From Phoronis australis (taxonomy: Eukaryota > Animalia > Phoronida), in assembly GCA_002633005.1 (NCBI GenBank), contig NMRA01000100.1, positions 144,497-208,496 of the forward strand: a DNA stretch of 64,000 bases, written 5' to 3'. Every line of letters starts with the position of its first letter. The first letter of the stretch is position 1. The translations under genes were made by a program, and so were the position numbers. A model generated the notes under the pieces. It searched no databases and was not told where the DNA came from. It was given only the letters and a program-made list of their open reading frames with translations. Positions 40,901 to 50,775 of this stretch are shown one piece after another.

Positions 40901-43900
40901 CTTGGGTTACTTAAGCCAGTGTTGTACTTGTATATCACATCCTCAGGAATTGGCTGCAAAACTCAAAGCACAGTTGGAAAAAGCGAGAGAAGCTAAGAAA
41001 ACGCAGCCCGTCGCGAAGGCGAAGCCCCCTGAGAAGTTGTCGGCTGAGGATGAAGAAGAGGAAGTGTTGCTAACAAGGACGACCAAGACAGGCATGGTAC
41101 TTCCTGTTGGGGAGCGACAACATCCCGCAGTAGGTGGCAAGAGGCGCAAGAAAATGAAGGTTAGATGTTAACGATATTGTATGGCCGTATTAACGTTATT
41201 GTATGGCTGTATTAGTGATGGGAGTGCTGACGTTTGTTTTAGCAAGGCTTGTACACGTGGCTGTGGTTTTAGCTTTGATGTTCACATGGAGATGTGATTA
41301 TGAAATACATGTTGTGGAACTGGGACAGTGGCTTTTGGCAAAGCAACTCCGTGACCACAGTGGCACTGTTAGTCAGCATCCTGAAGTTGGAATGAATTGT
41401 GATTTTCTGAGTCTTGGGGACAACATGCTTGGAACTAATGAGTTATGAGTTGTGTTTGCTACTTGTTGGAGGCGCTGTGAGCATTTGTTATTATTGATTT
41501 GTTCTTGTGCTGCCAAAGGTTGCCACCCACGGTAAAGATGGTAAGCGTGAACGTTACTTTGACGATGATGACCAGCATGATCTGAAGAGTATGGTGGAGC
41601 GAGAGAAGATGGGGACCGCTGAAGACCAGAATATGATGTTTGCGCGTCTAGCTGGCCGGGTAAGTCTCTCGGGCTTTTTCCATTTCTTGATATGGGCTTG
41701 GTGAAATCCTGAAAGAGTTTAGTTAGCATTTATGTGTCCGAGAATTCCCTGTGTGTTACCACACGAGTTGGATGTTTGCAGTAATGATCATTACTATGAC
41801 TTTTTAGGGTTAGTGTGGTTTCCTGTGTTGGGATATTTATTTGCCAACTTTTCATGCTTTAAATGCCCTTACTTGTGAATAATTCCGCTTCTTGAAACAC
41901 TAGGTTATTATTTACCAACTGACTTGACCTTATGGCCACTTTTCACTACTTTTGATGGTCTTCACTATGGTCTTCCTGTTACATTACAAAAGCACTGCTT
42001 TCCAGTTGGGTGCAGTGAGCCACGAATTGGACAGTGGTAAAGATGATGAAGCAATCTAGTCTATCAATCTACACTGCAATGATTTTTCTCAAGTGCAAGA
42101 TAATGTCTTGGGGTCTGAGAATTTTTTCTTATGAGCACAGCCCTAGAAATCGCGTTCACATTATGTCCAGGTTGTCATTCACTCCCTTGCATACATTCAT
42201 TAGTAAGACCGAGCTCAGAGGAGTGGTAGACACTTTAGTGCAATGCTAGATTGTCAGCTAGTGAAACCAGGATTTGAACCCAAGTCTCCCAAACAGGAGT
42301 CCGGAGGTCAAACCACTGAGTCTGACTGTCTTATGAATACATTGGTGGTTCAGTACTGCCCGTGTTTCCCAACAGCTGCTTGTTGACTGACCTGCAGGTT
42401 TGTGAGAGATTCCGAACACACGGCGACACCTTTTGGAGACGTTTGGGCCGCCAGAGCTCACCGTTTATTTTTTCTTGTCTGTTGAGAAGATGGGTGTCGG
42501 CCGCGTTCCTGACTTTTTAGATATTGGTGCTACAGCTTTTGGTTTTTCTTGTAGTCTGTTGAGAAGACAGATGATGAGTTCCAGATAGACGATGTGTTCA
42601 TGAACAGAGCTAACAAGAAACAGTCAAGTTCTGTTGAAGAGGAGAGGGAACGAGCTCTAGCCATTACAGGTGGGTTGAATGGAGTCATTGGGAAGTATTG
42701 GAATGGTATTTGGGTGGTTTGAATAACACACAGAGCTCAGTGACCCTACAGCTTTGGTGATGACCAGTTTACTATTTGCTGTCATTGATGTTGCACTCAT
42801 TTCACTTCATGGATTTAATGTGACTCGTGTGTCAACACTTGAGGTCTGATTTTTTTTTATCCTGGTGATGTCTAATGAATAGAAGTAACGCCAATATGAA
42901 CATTTTCATTTTGTGTGTGACGATTGTCCCTTTTTGATTTTGTCACGGGCCAAAAACTGATGTAATGTGACATGTGATAGGGTTGATAAGGACAGTGTTG
43001 CTTTAAGTAGTTAGGAAGGAGTGACACATAGGGACCACTGACTTTGTTCATGTTTGAGTGTATAGAGACGTATTGGAATTGAGTTGCTTACGCCTACAAA
43101 CAAAACGTGTTCAAGCTAATTTACCTGGTTTGTAATGTGCGCTCCCATCTCTGTCTCAAGTTCTAATGTGGTTTAAAAATATCCAGTTCAAAATAGTTAC
43201 CGGTGCACGGGGTTCCCGCGGTGCCCAGATGCACAGAGCCACAAGTTCCTAGCCAATTGTACACAAGTTGATATGGTTACACAAAGTTGGTTACAACGAA
43301 TGTTTTAGAAACATCCTGAGAAAGTTGGTTGTAGTGTGCTTTTAACAAACTCCTGTTCACAACACGCTCCTGTTTGTGGGTCACCCACCTGCGTTTCTAC
43401 AAAAGTGCCCTGGTGAATAGCACAACATGTGTGACAAGTGTTTTTGAAGCCTACTTTACGACTGCTTTGTCGTATGAAAATTGTAGCGGAAAAATACTGG
43501 ACTTGTAACATTCTGATAATGACAATAAATGTGCTTGTGATGATGATTAAAAGTGACGATCCTGCATTTTTCAGAACACAAAAAGAAAGCTGCTGCATTA
43601 GAAAACTGCAGGTTTTGCTTTGAGAATGTCCCGAAACATTTGATTATAGCTATTGGTGTAAAGGTAAGTCACATGCTGAGAGATTTGTTGATGTTGTACT
43701 TTTTTGATTCGCTAAATTACCATTTTTTCTTAAAATGTTTGGAGTCGTTATAATATTCTGTTTTTATTGTTGCTCGAGTAGGAAGATTTGGAGTTTGAAG
43801 TGTGTTAGATGAATTCTTACGTTCCTCATTTTCGTAACCGCTACAAAATTTAAATTGTCAAAAAATAGACGCTGCAAGACTGCCCTTAAAGTATTGTTGA

Positions 43901-46900
43901 TTGCCCCTTGCCTGACCATCACTGTTGTGTGGTGGGTAGGCTAGTAGGTGAAATTTTTCATTTTTTTTGGTGGTGGGGGCACTCGTACTTGTGGTATGAG
44001 GGGAAGCGAACTTAGTTGTAATGCATTTCATGCTGTACTACCTCTGACTACATTTTAGTTTTGAAAGTCTCATAATTCTTTAAGGTTTTTACCTGTTAAT
44101 AATATATTTAATTTGTCTTCAGACCTCCTGAAGCTCTCATTGTGCTTTTATGGATGTTACAGCAGTTTGCAATGACCAGGATTTTAATCCTGATCAGCAA
44201 GCGAAGTTGTGCAAGCATAGTTGTGTTTTTGTTCAATTTGCTCTACTATTTTGAAGGGAAGTAAATCTATAAGTGTTTCCTTATAGGTGTATCTGTGCTT
44301 GCCTAACCACAAGTCACTGACTGAGGGACACTGTCTTATTGTACCTATGCAACACGTGCCATCGGGAACAGCAGTGGATGAAGACGTGTGGGAGGAAATG
44401 CAGGTAAAAATATCTGCTTATTGAACGAACTCTGTGAATTTTCTTCCATGATTTGACTTAACAGCCTCGCCAACCAATCACTTCAGTGGTAGCCATGTTG
44501 CTAGTTCTCCCCGGCCGAAGTCGAAGAGCATACTAGGTAATTGTAGGCGTCATTCCACCCGTGCGTCCATGCAAAGAATAACACTCATCTGCTTGTAATC
44601 TTCGTGCATTTCAAAGGGGATATCGTGTTGATATATATGCCATTTTGCAACTCAACCATACTTTCCTGAGGTTTGGACCTTTCTTGATTTTCGCTTACAT
44701 GTACATTTCTCAGGGGATTTGAACCAAACTTTCAAAACTGCATGTCTATGAACTATAAGCAAAACATCATTTTCCAAACTGATTGTATTTTTTTGAATTT
44801 TATCCTGTTCTTGATTTTCACGAGCTCATGACTATATGAAAAAATTCAGGCTTTGTACAACTTTTCTAGCAGTTCATTGGAATACAAAAGGAATATCATC
44901 GGCATGTCAGGATTTGATCATAGTATTTGCCCCATTGTGCCTGGTCTCGATTCTCACACTTGCATACATATTGAGAAATGCTAACACCTACAGAACCTTT
45001 GGTTAGAATATTGTTTTGAGATTGTTTTGTCTGTAACAGTGATGTCTCTGGCTTACTCATGAAACACTCACCGTTCATGTAGGTGATTTCACATGGTCTC
45101 TCGTTATCTTGTCAAACTCTCGTCGGAGGTGTGAAACTAAAAATACACATTAAACAAGCTTGTACCTCTTAACGGACAAGGGTGGGTGCAGTGGTTTTCA
45201 GATACTGTTGAAAGCTGTACTATTTTACCCCGAGGCCATGTTTATTTTCAGGTTTTGTTTGTTTTAATTTGTACATTTTATTCTTGACTGGTAGTGTGTT
45301 GGAAATTGTTGTACTTTAATTAATGTGCATGCTATATTTGCATTTAGTTTGTGGTAAGTCAAAAGAATGTGTTGTGACACATCAACTATCACCGCAGGTG
45401 TACCGCAAGATCCTTGTCAAGATGTTCTCTGATCGTGACGAGGACTGTTTATTTATGGAGACCGTGATGAGACTAAAGTATCACCCTCACATGTGTATAG
45501 AGTGTGTACCCATGCCCCGGGAAGTGGGCGATATGGCACCCATCTACTTCAAGGTAAGCACTGAAAAGATAGACGATGGGTCGTTAATAGGATTATATGT
45601 CTTGCGCAGATAAAAATTGTTATTTGCAACTAATTTCTTATAAATGCTTTCCAGTTCATTTTTATTTGGTGTATCGTAGTGCAGAAACCAGTTACGCATG
45701 TCAAGTTGCATAAAATTCAAATCCATCTTTGGTGTGTGTGGGCTAATCATGTTTAAATTGATGTTCTGTAGATGCTGCTTGGGCAGCTTTTCAACTACAC
45801 TTTCTTTTGTTGAACTTGCTTATTGGAATTGTTGTTTAACACCACTGTGTTTTCTCACCTAGAAAGCCATCATGGAGTCAGAGACGGAATGGGCTCAGAA
45901 CAAAAAGTTGGTTGATCTCAGTGGACGGGATGTTAGAAAAGCTGTAAGTATCTATAGCTGGACATTATCAAAAAATTGGCAGTAAAGTATAACTAAATAT
46001 AATAGGATATAAAATCCTGGCATATTGCGGAGCTATAATTATCAAATTCGTTATACAGTTACTAGGTTTTTGTGAGGGTTGTTTATCTGTGATTTAATCT
46101 ATGTGGCACTTGACTGTTATCATGTCTTGTTTCTGTTTCAGGTTCCTAAAGGATTTCCATATTTCTCGGTAGACTTTGGCAATCAGAGTGGCTTTGCTCA
46201 TGTCATTGAAGATGAGCAGGTGTTCCCCAGTTATTTTGGAAAGGTTGGTGCTTTTGATCTATTGCCACCCTGAGTTTTCATGCTTCCATATATTGATATA
46301 TGGTTGCATATTTCCCTCATCTCTGTCCGACGTCCACAGGTTTGACCTTTGTCTGGTCAGCGACCTCTGCTGTATCTCCTAAACCCCTTGTAGGATCAAT
46401 GCGAAATTTGGCAAATTCATTCCTGTCGTCAAAATGGATGACAGCGCCTTTCAGAGGGATCCTACTACCGCCGTGCCCCCTAGTAGGAATTTTAGTATTT
46501 GTGTTTGCATCGGTATCTTTGAGGTTCCTTCACAGATTTTTGTGAAATTTGGCTAACAGGTATCTATTGAAAAGATGATAACCCCTTTTTGTTTTTGCAG
46601 GAACACGATATATTTTGTGGAATTTTTACTGTTGTCGTGTTTTTGGCGTGCACTTTGGTTGGTGCAAAACACTTCAAAGAAAGAAAGCTAGCAGATGTTT
46701 TTGAATTGAGAAGAGCATAGCTGATGCAATTTTCAGATGGCTCCAACAACATTGGCACCTGCTAGTGCTGCTGTACCTCTTAAACTCTTTGCAGTATTTT
46801 TGTGAAATTTGGCTACTGTAGTATATTCCCATGAACATGGCCAGCAAATGAAAACGTTCAGACTGAGCCAATTACTGTTGTTCCCCCAAGTGGCATTTTT

Positions 46901-47872
46901 TTTCCTTACCAGTTCCCGTGTATCTTCGGAGTTCCTTCACGAATTTGCATGAACTTTTGGGAAGTAGGTTTCCATTAAGGAGACAAGGATGTCTTCCCAT
47001 TTTCTGGCATATTCAATTGATTGCGTATGCCACCTTGTGGCCATTTTTATCAATTTCTAGTCTGGTTTTTGACATCCACTCCTCTGCCGTCCAAACTTCT
47101 CTTAGGATCATTAAGGAAGTTGGCAAAAACGATGATTCTGAAACTGATCCTTCTTCTGTGGCACCCCTGATTGGCATTTTGTTTGTTTTACTCCTCCTTA
47201 AGTGTGCTCTGTATGCGATGCACACGGTGAATGCTTATCAATGGTTCACGTTGGTCTTTTATTTAGTTTGAATTAGCGTATATTAGTAACAGATACTGAC
47301 AGGAAAAAACTGCGATTACAAAGTGTCTAATTATGGAAGAACAATCAGGTTATTAATGATACCAACTCTAATTGTGCACGCTATCTTCCAAGTTTTATTC
47401 CTATCTCATTATACTTTTATCCAGAAGCTCTTATTCTCTCCATATACAGACTTGTTGCAGATTATCTAGATCTCAACTTCTTATTTAGAACAAGCAGGAT
47501 AGGCTACTGGCTTGTTTTGGTGTGAAACGTTACTCAGATTATGGGTGAACATTTTACGTTGGAATGTAGGGAAAAAGCCAACAAGAATACAGACGCAGTT
47601 CATTGATAAATTGGTGGTATCACTGCAAAAGGCCACTGAGAAAGTAGGTGTAGTTGAACTGTATTAATGTAGCGCAACGTGGTAAGGCTTATTGTGACAA
47701 TTTCTTTTGTAAGGAAATTATTGGTGGAATGCTTGATGTGGACACCAGACTGTGGAGAAAGCCGCAAAAGGAAAGCTTCGACGACCAGCGTCAGAAAGTT
47801 TTACAGTTCGCCGAGTGGTGGAAGCCATATGATTGGACGCAGAAGCTGAAGCAGGACAAGGACAGTGACTGA
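7835..47872 (+). CDS. CWF19L2: CWF19-like protein 2 (intron-lariat spliceosome factor, CwfJ C-terminal domains), 17 exons, 896 aa
   Basis: Exon lengths sum to 2691 nt in one open frame. Family motifs: [111 protein letters not shown]. Confidence 0.96.
8090..8250 (-). mobile_element. tRNA-derived SINE (family A)
   Basis: B-box GGTTCGAATCC on the minus strand (~8199-8209); body cccttgcatacattcatt..agtaagaccgagctcagaggagt shared with 42170-42325. Confidence 0.75.
8371..9134. mobile_element. Non-autonomous DNA transposon with long TIRs and 8-bp TSD (Merlin-like)
   Basis: Ends GGTAATTGTTTACAATATGACGACAATGACTTAGAC / GTCTAAGTCATTGTCGTCATATTGTAAACAATTACC; imperfect TIR extends about 170 bp; TSD CATGTTGC at 8363-8370 and 9135-9142. 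Confidence 0.9.
9690..10300 (-). mobile_element. Degenerate LTR-retrotransposon gag-like relic
   Basis: [52 protein letters not shown] resembles Gypsy-type gag capsid; in-frame stops; coiled-coil and knuckle-like remnant downstream. Confidence 0.45.
10700..11128. repeat. Diverged tandem duplication, about 208-220 bp unit x2
   Basis: ctccaacaat..gtgacaaagaaact..tgaatctgctttgtaggccatgggag at 10700-10907 and 10908-11128. Confidence 0.85.
11633..11889. mobile_element. Small MITE with imperfect 15-bp TIRs
   Basis: CATGCGCGCACACAG ... CTGGGTGTGTGCATG, internal G-runs, flanked by ATGTT on both sides. Confidence 0.6.
12075..13492. mobile_element. Non-autonomous Tc1/mariner(pogo)-type element, 1418 bp
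   Basis: Perfect 25-bp TIR CCGTATTCGCCGTAATAACCGCCCA / TGGGCGGTTATTACGGCGAATACGG, TA on both sides, no long ORF. Confidence 0.92.
13716..16897 (-). CDS. Family-B (Methuselah/adhesion-like) GPCR with signal peptide, somatomedin-B-like domain and Cys-rich ectodomain; nested in CWF19L2 intron 1; about 806 aa once the duplication around the N is removed
   Basis: ORF 16897-15590 has a signal peptide ([18 protein letters not shown]), SMB-like [17 protein letters not shown] and [20 protein letters not shown] motifs. ORF 15593-13716 has seven hydrophobic helices with family-B motifs [43 protein letters not shown] splice acceptor (tttcag) lies about 15 nt upstream of the ATG. Confidence 0.9.
14887..16407. 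repeat. 760-bp direct duplication around a single N (15647); probable uncollapsed haplotype overlap
   Basis: 14887-15646 vs 15648-16407 are collinear, about 19 substitutions by hand count, no indels, junction exactly at the N. Confidence 0.88.
17470..17660 (+). mobile_element. Probable 3' end of a CR1/L2-like LINE
   Basis: T-rich UTR, gagtgccc..gggctaccctc stem-like motif, then (taaa)n tail. Confidence 0.4.
18588..18655. repeat. 34-bp tandem duplication
   Basis: ggcctacttcagggg(c/a)tgaaatgacccctgtatc x2. Confidence 0.85.
22132..22283. repeat. 23-bp GC-rich minisatellite, about 6.5 copies
   Basis: ctggt(tag/gaa)gcacccacagccggc repeated. Confidence 0.92.
24260..24436. repeat. 43-bp minisatellite, 4 identical copies
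   Basis: ctttacatggtatattaactactagtgctagccacatgattac at 24260, 24303, 24346, 24389. Confidence 0.95.
27244..27351 (+). CDS. CWF19L2: CWF19L2 exon 2
   Basis: tttcag|[36 protein letters not shown]|gtaaat. Confidence 0.92.
30827..31069 (+). mobile_element. Full-length tRNA-derived SINE (family B) with 13-bp TSD
   Basis: A-box-like GTGGCCTGATTGA, B-box GGTTCGAGTCCC; TSD TAACTCGACATTA at 30814-30826 and 31070-31082; body similar to 48370-48460. Confidence 0.88.
32643..32741 (+). CDS. CWF19L2: CWF19L2 exon 3 (poly-Lys)
   Basis: ggtag|[33 protein letters not shown]|gtaagt. Confidence 0.9.
34108..34194 (+). CDS. CWF19L2: CWF19L2 exon 4
   Basis: ttgcag|[29 protein letters not shown]|gtaagt. Confidence 0.88.
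35825..35947 (+). CDS. CWF19L2: CWF19L2 exon 5
   Basis: ttgcag|[14 protein letters not shown]...DQNLLDQ|gtagtt. Confidence 0.88.
36655..36846 (+). CDS. CWF19L2: CWF19L2 exon 6
   Basis: cttcag|[20 protein letters not shown]...AAERWG|gtgagt. Confidence 0.93.
37021..38612 (+). mobile_element. Helentron-associated non-autonomous element (HINE/DINE-like) with internal ~150-bp tandem array
   Basis: 5' palindrome tgcgcccacata..tatgtggacgca; about 10 units of cc(c/a)ctagtggc(a/c)attt; 3' hairpin caacgc-tcc-gcgttg followed by ctcttgttt; T-rich flanks. Confidence 0.82.
38791..39454 (+). CDS. CWF19L2: CWF19L2 exon 7 (RS-rich)
   Basis: tttcag|[13 protein letters not shown]...RSRSRSRSP...HRKSSS G|gtaagt. 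Confidence 0.92.
40070..40224 (+). CDS. CWF19L2: CWF19L2 exon 8
   Basis: tttcag|..[13 protein letters not shown]...[17 protein letters not shown]|gttagt. Confidence 0.92.
40947..41159 (+). CDS. CWF19L2: CWF19L2 exon 9
   Basis: cctcag|[14 protein letters not shown]...GGKRRKKMK|gttaga. Confidence 0.92.
41519..41659 (+). CDS. CWF19L2: CWF19L2 exon 10
   Basis: ccaaag|[18 protein letters not shown]...FARLAGR|gtaagt. Confidence 0.92.
42170..42325 (-). mobile_element. tRNA-derived SINE (family A), second copy
   Basis: Similar to 8090-8250; ggatttgaacc..tctcccaaacaggag. Confidence 0.75.
42555..42669 (+). CDS. CWF19L2: CWF19L2 exon 11
   Basis: ttgtag|[16 protein letters not shown]...ERALAIT|gtgggt. 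Confidence 0.9.
43575..43663 (+). CDS. CWF19L2: CWF19L2 exon 12
   Basis: tttcag|[29 protein letters not shown]|gtaagt. Confidence 0.93.
44287..44403 (+). CDS. CWF19L2: CWF19L2 exon 13
   Basis: ttatag|[23 protein letters not shown]...WEEMQ|gtaaaa. Confidence 0.94.
45398..45553 (+). CDS. CWF19L2: CWF19L2 exon 14
   Basis: ccgcag|[10 protein letters not shown]...[22 protein letters not shown]|gtaagc. Confidence 0.94.
45863..45943 (+). CDS. CWF19L2: CWF19L2 exon 15
   Basis: acctag|[27 protein letters not shown]|gtaagt. Confidence 0.94.
46142..46243 (+). CDS. CWF19L2: CWF19L2 exon 16
   Basis: tttcag|[34 protein letters not shown]|gttggt. Confidence 0.94.
46295..47190 (+). mobile_element. Older partial copy of the same HINE-like family
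   Basis: gcatatttccctcatctctgtcc start shared with 57438; diverged gtgccccctagt and gtgaaatttggc units. Confidence 0.65.
47714..47872 (+). CDS. CWF19L2: CWF19L2 last coding exon (17)
   Basis: tgtaag|[17 protein letters not shown]...[20 protein letters not shown]. Confidence 0.94.
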   Translation, partial: EIIGGMLDVDTRLWRKPQKESFDDQRQKVLQFAEWWKPYDWTQKLKQDKDSD

Positions 47873-48020
47873 GACAGTATTTAGAACTACTGGTTCTAGC
47901 TATGTACTGTCTTTCAGTGACTGAGACAGTATTTAGAACTACTGATTCTAGCTATGTATTGTCTTTCAGTGACTGAGACAGTATTTAGAACTACTGATTC
48001 TAGCTATGTATTGTCTTTCA
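47863..48020 (+). repeat. 52-bp tandem repeat x3 overlapping the CWF19L2 stop codon
   Basis: cagtgactgagacagtatttagaactactg(g/a)ttctagctatgta(c/t)tgtcttt at 47863, 47915, 47967. Confidence 0.95.
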
Positions 48021-48369
48021 ATTAAGAAGCTGCCTTCTGTCAATGAAGCAAACATTTTATTAAGATCAACTTGTTCCCGAGACCAGTTTTGCAACAATGA
48101 GTGGTCTGTTTCTGAAAGTTGATAATAGCAGGATGTTTCGATTTATTCATTTCTACTTTACATATGAGGTATGAAAAGTAGAGCATCTGCTGACGTGATT
48201 CATCACTTGGTGCTTAGTTTCTTCTTCAAACTTTTTGTGTACTTTACGGTGTAGTGTATCCTAAGCATTCTGCACCATCTGAGAACAGGGCGAAGAGTTT
48301 TCGAAGTTGTATACGTCATAAGAGTTTGTCCATTTTAATGAATGAGTCGAGCAGACTTTTACAGGGCTC

Positions 48370-48460
48370 GTGTTTTTAGCTCAGATATTTTGTGGAATGG
48401 GCTCAACCATGAGGCCTGTGCACGTCTGATGCACCACAAATGACAGACCGTTTGCACTCT
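48370..48460 (+). mobile_element. SINE family B body fragment
   Basis: gtttttagctc..gaggcctg.gcacgtctg..cagaccg..tgca shared with 30924-31056. Confidence 0.55.
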
Positions 48461-48799
48461 TTTTTTTTAAGAATGCTTTGTTATGTTTGCTTAGGATAAA
48501 GTGAGTGTTGTATGACCATTTCGGGCATTAGTTTTATGGCAAAAGTCTAACGAGTTTGCTGTAATTTTTTAGACTCCCTGATTACATTTGGCATGTTGCC
48601 TTTATTTCTCATGGAATACTTCAAATACTTGCACCAAATGAGGCAAGTATTTTAACTGGATGTCTGTCCTTGAACTGTCCTTCGTTGCTTGAGATGTAAA
48701 GCATCAATTAATTTACTTTCTGTAGCTGTTGTCTGAGATCTGAACTGAGTTGCATTAATTTGCAACTGTGTAGGCACTAGACGAAAAGGTGCGGAAGGC

Positions 48800-50250
48800 A
48801 TTGTGTCCTTTTATTTCAGAGTGAAAAAAATAATTTCTGTGATGACACTACAATGCAATTTGGTACAAATTGTGCTGAGGTGCATGATAAGGCAGTCTAC
48901 TGAGGCGCTCTTTTTACGAGCTTTGTTGAGACTATCTCAGGTCTAGAGAAGTGGTCTGATTTGACAGTCTAACTCTGCTCAAAAATGCTGAGTCCAATTC
49001 TTGCAGAACACTTGTAAAATTCACTTGCTATCTTCGCACATCTTCAACAATTCTTGCGTATCCAACCAGCGAGGTCCATTAACTAGTCACGCATCACATT
49101 GCTGTAAACATTCCTCACCAATAAGCTCTCAGCCTGTGGGCCATGGCTATAGTGTGCTACATACTTCCCAAACTTGGACCAAGAATTTGCTTGGACATGT
49201 AATAATCAACAGAAAATCACAGGGAATGTCCTTCAGGGTCAATTGAATTTGATTTTGGCATTTTTCACGCGAAAAAAAACATCATAGCATATCATAGATC
49301 AAGGCATCGTCGTTCTATGCATTCTTCGTTTCTGTTGATGGATGAGCATGTACCAATGCCCATTCCAGTGTTGTTCCATCACAGGTTGTACAAAGAACCT
49401 TGATATTCAATAGCTCTAGCATTGCTCTAGATTTCCACTCTATGGGAAATATATATTCCAACCTTACACTTCTGCATGGGAAGTACCCAATGATGTGTTC
49501 AAATTTATGCACCAGCCCTCTTGCCCTTAACACTTAACATGTAAGATGCCAGGTCTGGTGTTGTTGGCCCAACTTGAGCTGCCGACTTTTCAGTCATCGA
49601 TGAGTTCCCCAGTGTGCTTGTCATAACATGATCAGACTGTTTAATGGTCTAAGCTACTACCAGTCTCATGCTGTAGATTAGATAGGACTAGGAATTTCTT
49701 ACACAAGAACGACAATAAATTATAGCAGGAACCTCAGTCAATCGTCAGTTTCGGTTCTAGTTTCATGGAGTTGTCAAGTCTGTTTCAAAATGATTACAGT
49801 TTACTTAAATGACAACTGCCAAACCGTCTTGCATACAAACCTTTCACGAATGGTAGAAGTGGTTTTACGATTGTCTCATCTCCCATCTTCATATATTTCT
49901 CCACAGCCATGTCCCACGTATCACACTTTAGCAATGTTAAAATCTGCCACTTCAGAGTGCTCATTTTCTTCACTGCATTAATAGCTGCGATGCATTCTTG
50001 TGGTGGTAGCTCTCATGATTGAACTTGACCCAGGTGAAGATACTGTTCCTCTTCGTTTAACCCACAGCATTTTGAAAGAGTAGCTGTAAACATAAAATTA
50101 AGATTAAATAGACCTATGTATGTAATACAAAACTGTCTATATGTTGTGGGGTGTCTATGGCACTTCTATTGCTTTCAGCTACGTCACAGATGATTTTGTC
50201 TAAATAAGAGCGCATTCAGGAGTTATCACAAAATATCCTTACAATGCCTG
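48800..50250 (-). pseudogene. Degraded P-element-superfamily (THAP9-like) transposase relic
   Basis: LRARGLVHKFEHIIGYFPCRSVRLEYIFPIEWKSRAMLELLNIKVLCTTCDG matches the P-type core pattern LV.MVRGL......FP.......PI.W.....LE....KVL...CDG; WTSLV-like C-terminal remnant near 49080; stops and frameshifts. Confidence 0.7.
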
Positions 50251-50304
50251 CAACATGACTTGGACTTGCCTCCCTCATTGAGAGCACACTTCTTCATTTA
50301 GTCT

Positions 50305-50460
50305 TAAAAATGGGCTGTCTGTTCCTCAATGGCCGTTACAGGACTTATAAACTACATACTGTTGTCAGTGATAGCATTTGCTAAATCGTAATGTGGCAAA
50401 CTTTCGAAAACGAGACTTTTCCCATAGCCTGTGAGCAAAATTGACAGCACACCGGAGTCC
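50305..50460 (-). pseudogene. RecQ-like SF2 helicase fragment (motifs I and Ia)
   Basis: GVLSILLTGYGKSLVFESLPHYDLANAITDNSM*FISPVTAIEEQ; compare RecQ LPTGxGKSLxYQLP...VISPLxALMxDQ. Confidence 0.7.
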
Positions 50461-50775
50461 ATAAGAAGCTAATAATCTTCCCATATTCTAAAAACTGACA
50501 TAAATACATCTTATTGGCGTAAAGGCATTTCTTCAACTTCTTGCCTTTCTCGTTATTATGGAGCTTTGCTTTGATATTCTCTTTAATGGTAGTCTATGGC
50601 ATCTTAAATTTCTTTGGTACCAATTTTTGCCAAAGAACAACAGTATATGAACAGTAAAAATACAAAACAGCAGAAATTAGGTTACACTTGTCCTTAAAGG
50701 TTCAGGTGCATTTCTAATCTGTGAATCGTAACAATTTTTTTAGTTGTTGTAGCCCAAACTGATGCCTGCACCAAA

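Noticed and set aside
42470-42492. Duplicate start of CWF19L2 exon 11 (ttcttgtctgttgagaaga)
   Set aside because: Lacks the AG at the matching position and similarity ends after about 15 nt.
47870-47915. Selenocysteine or readthrough at the CWF19L2 TGA
   Set aside because: In-frame TAG follows after three codons, no SECIS quartet is visible, and the protein already ends after the conserved YDWT.
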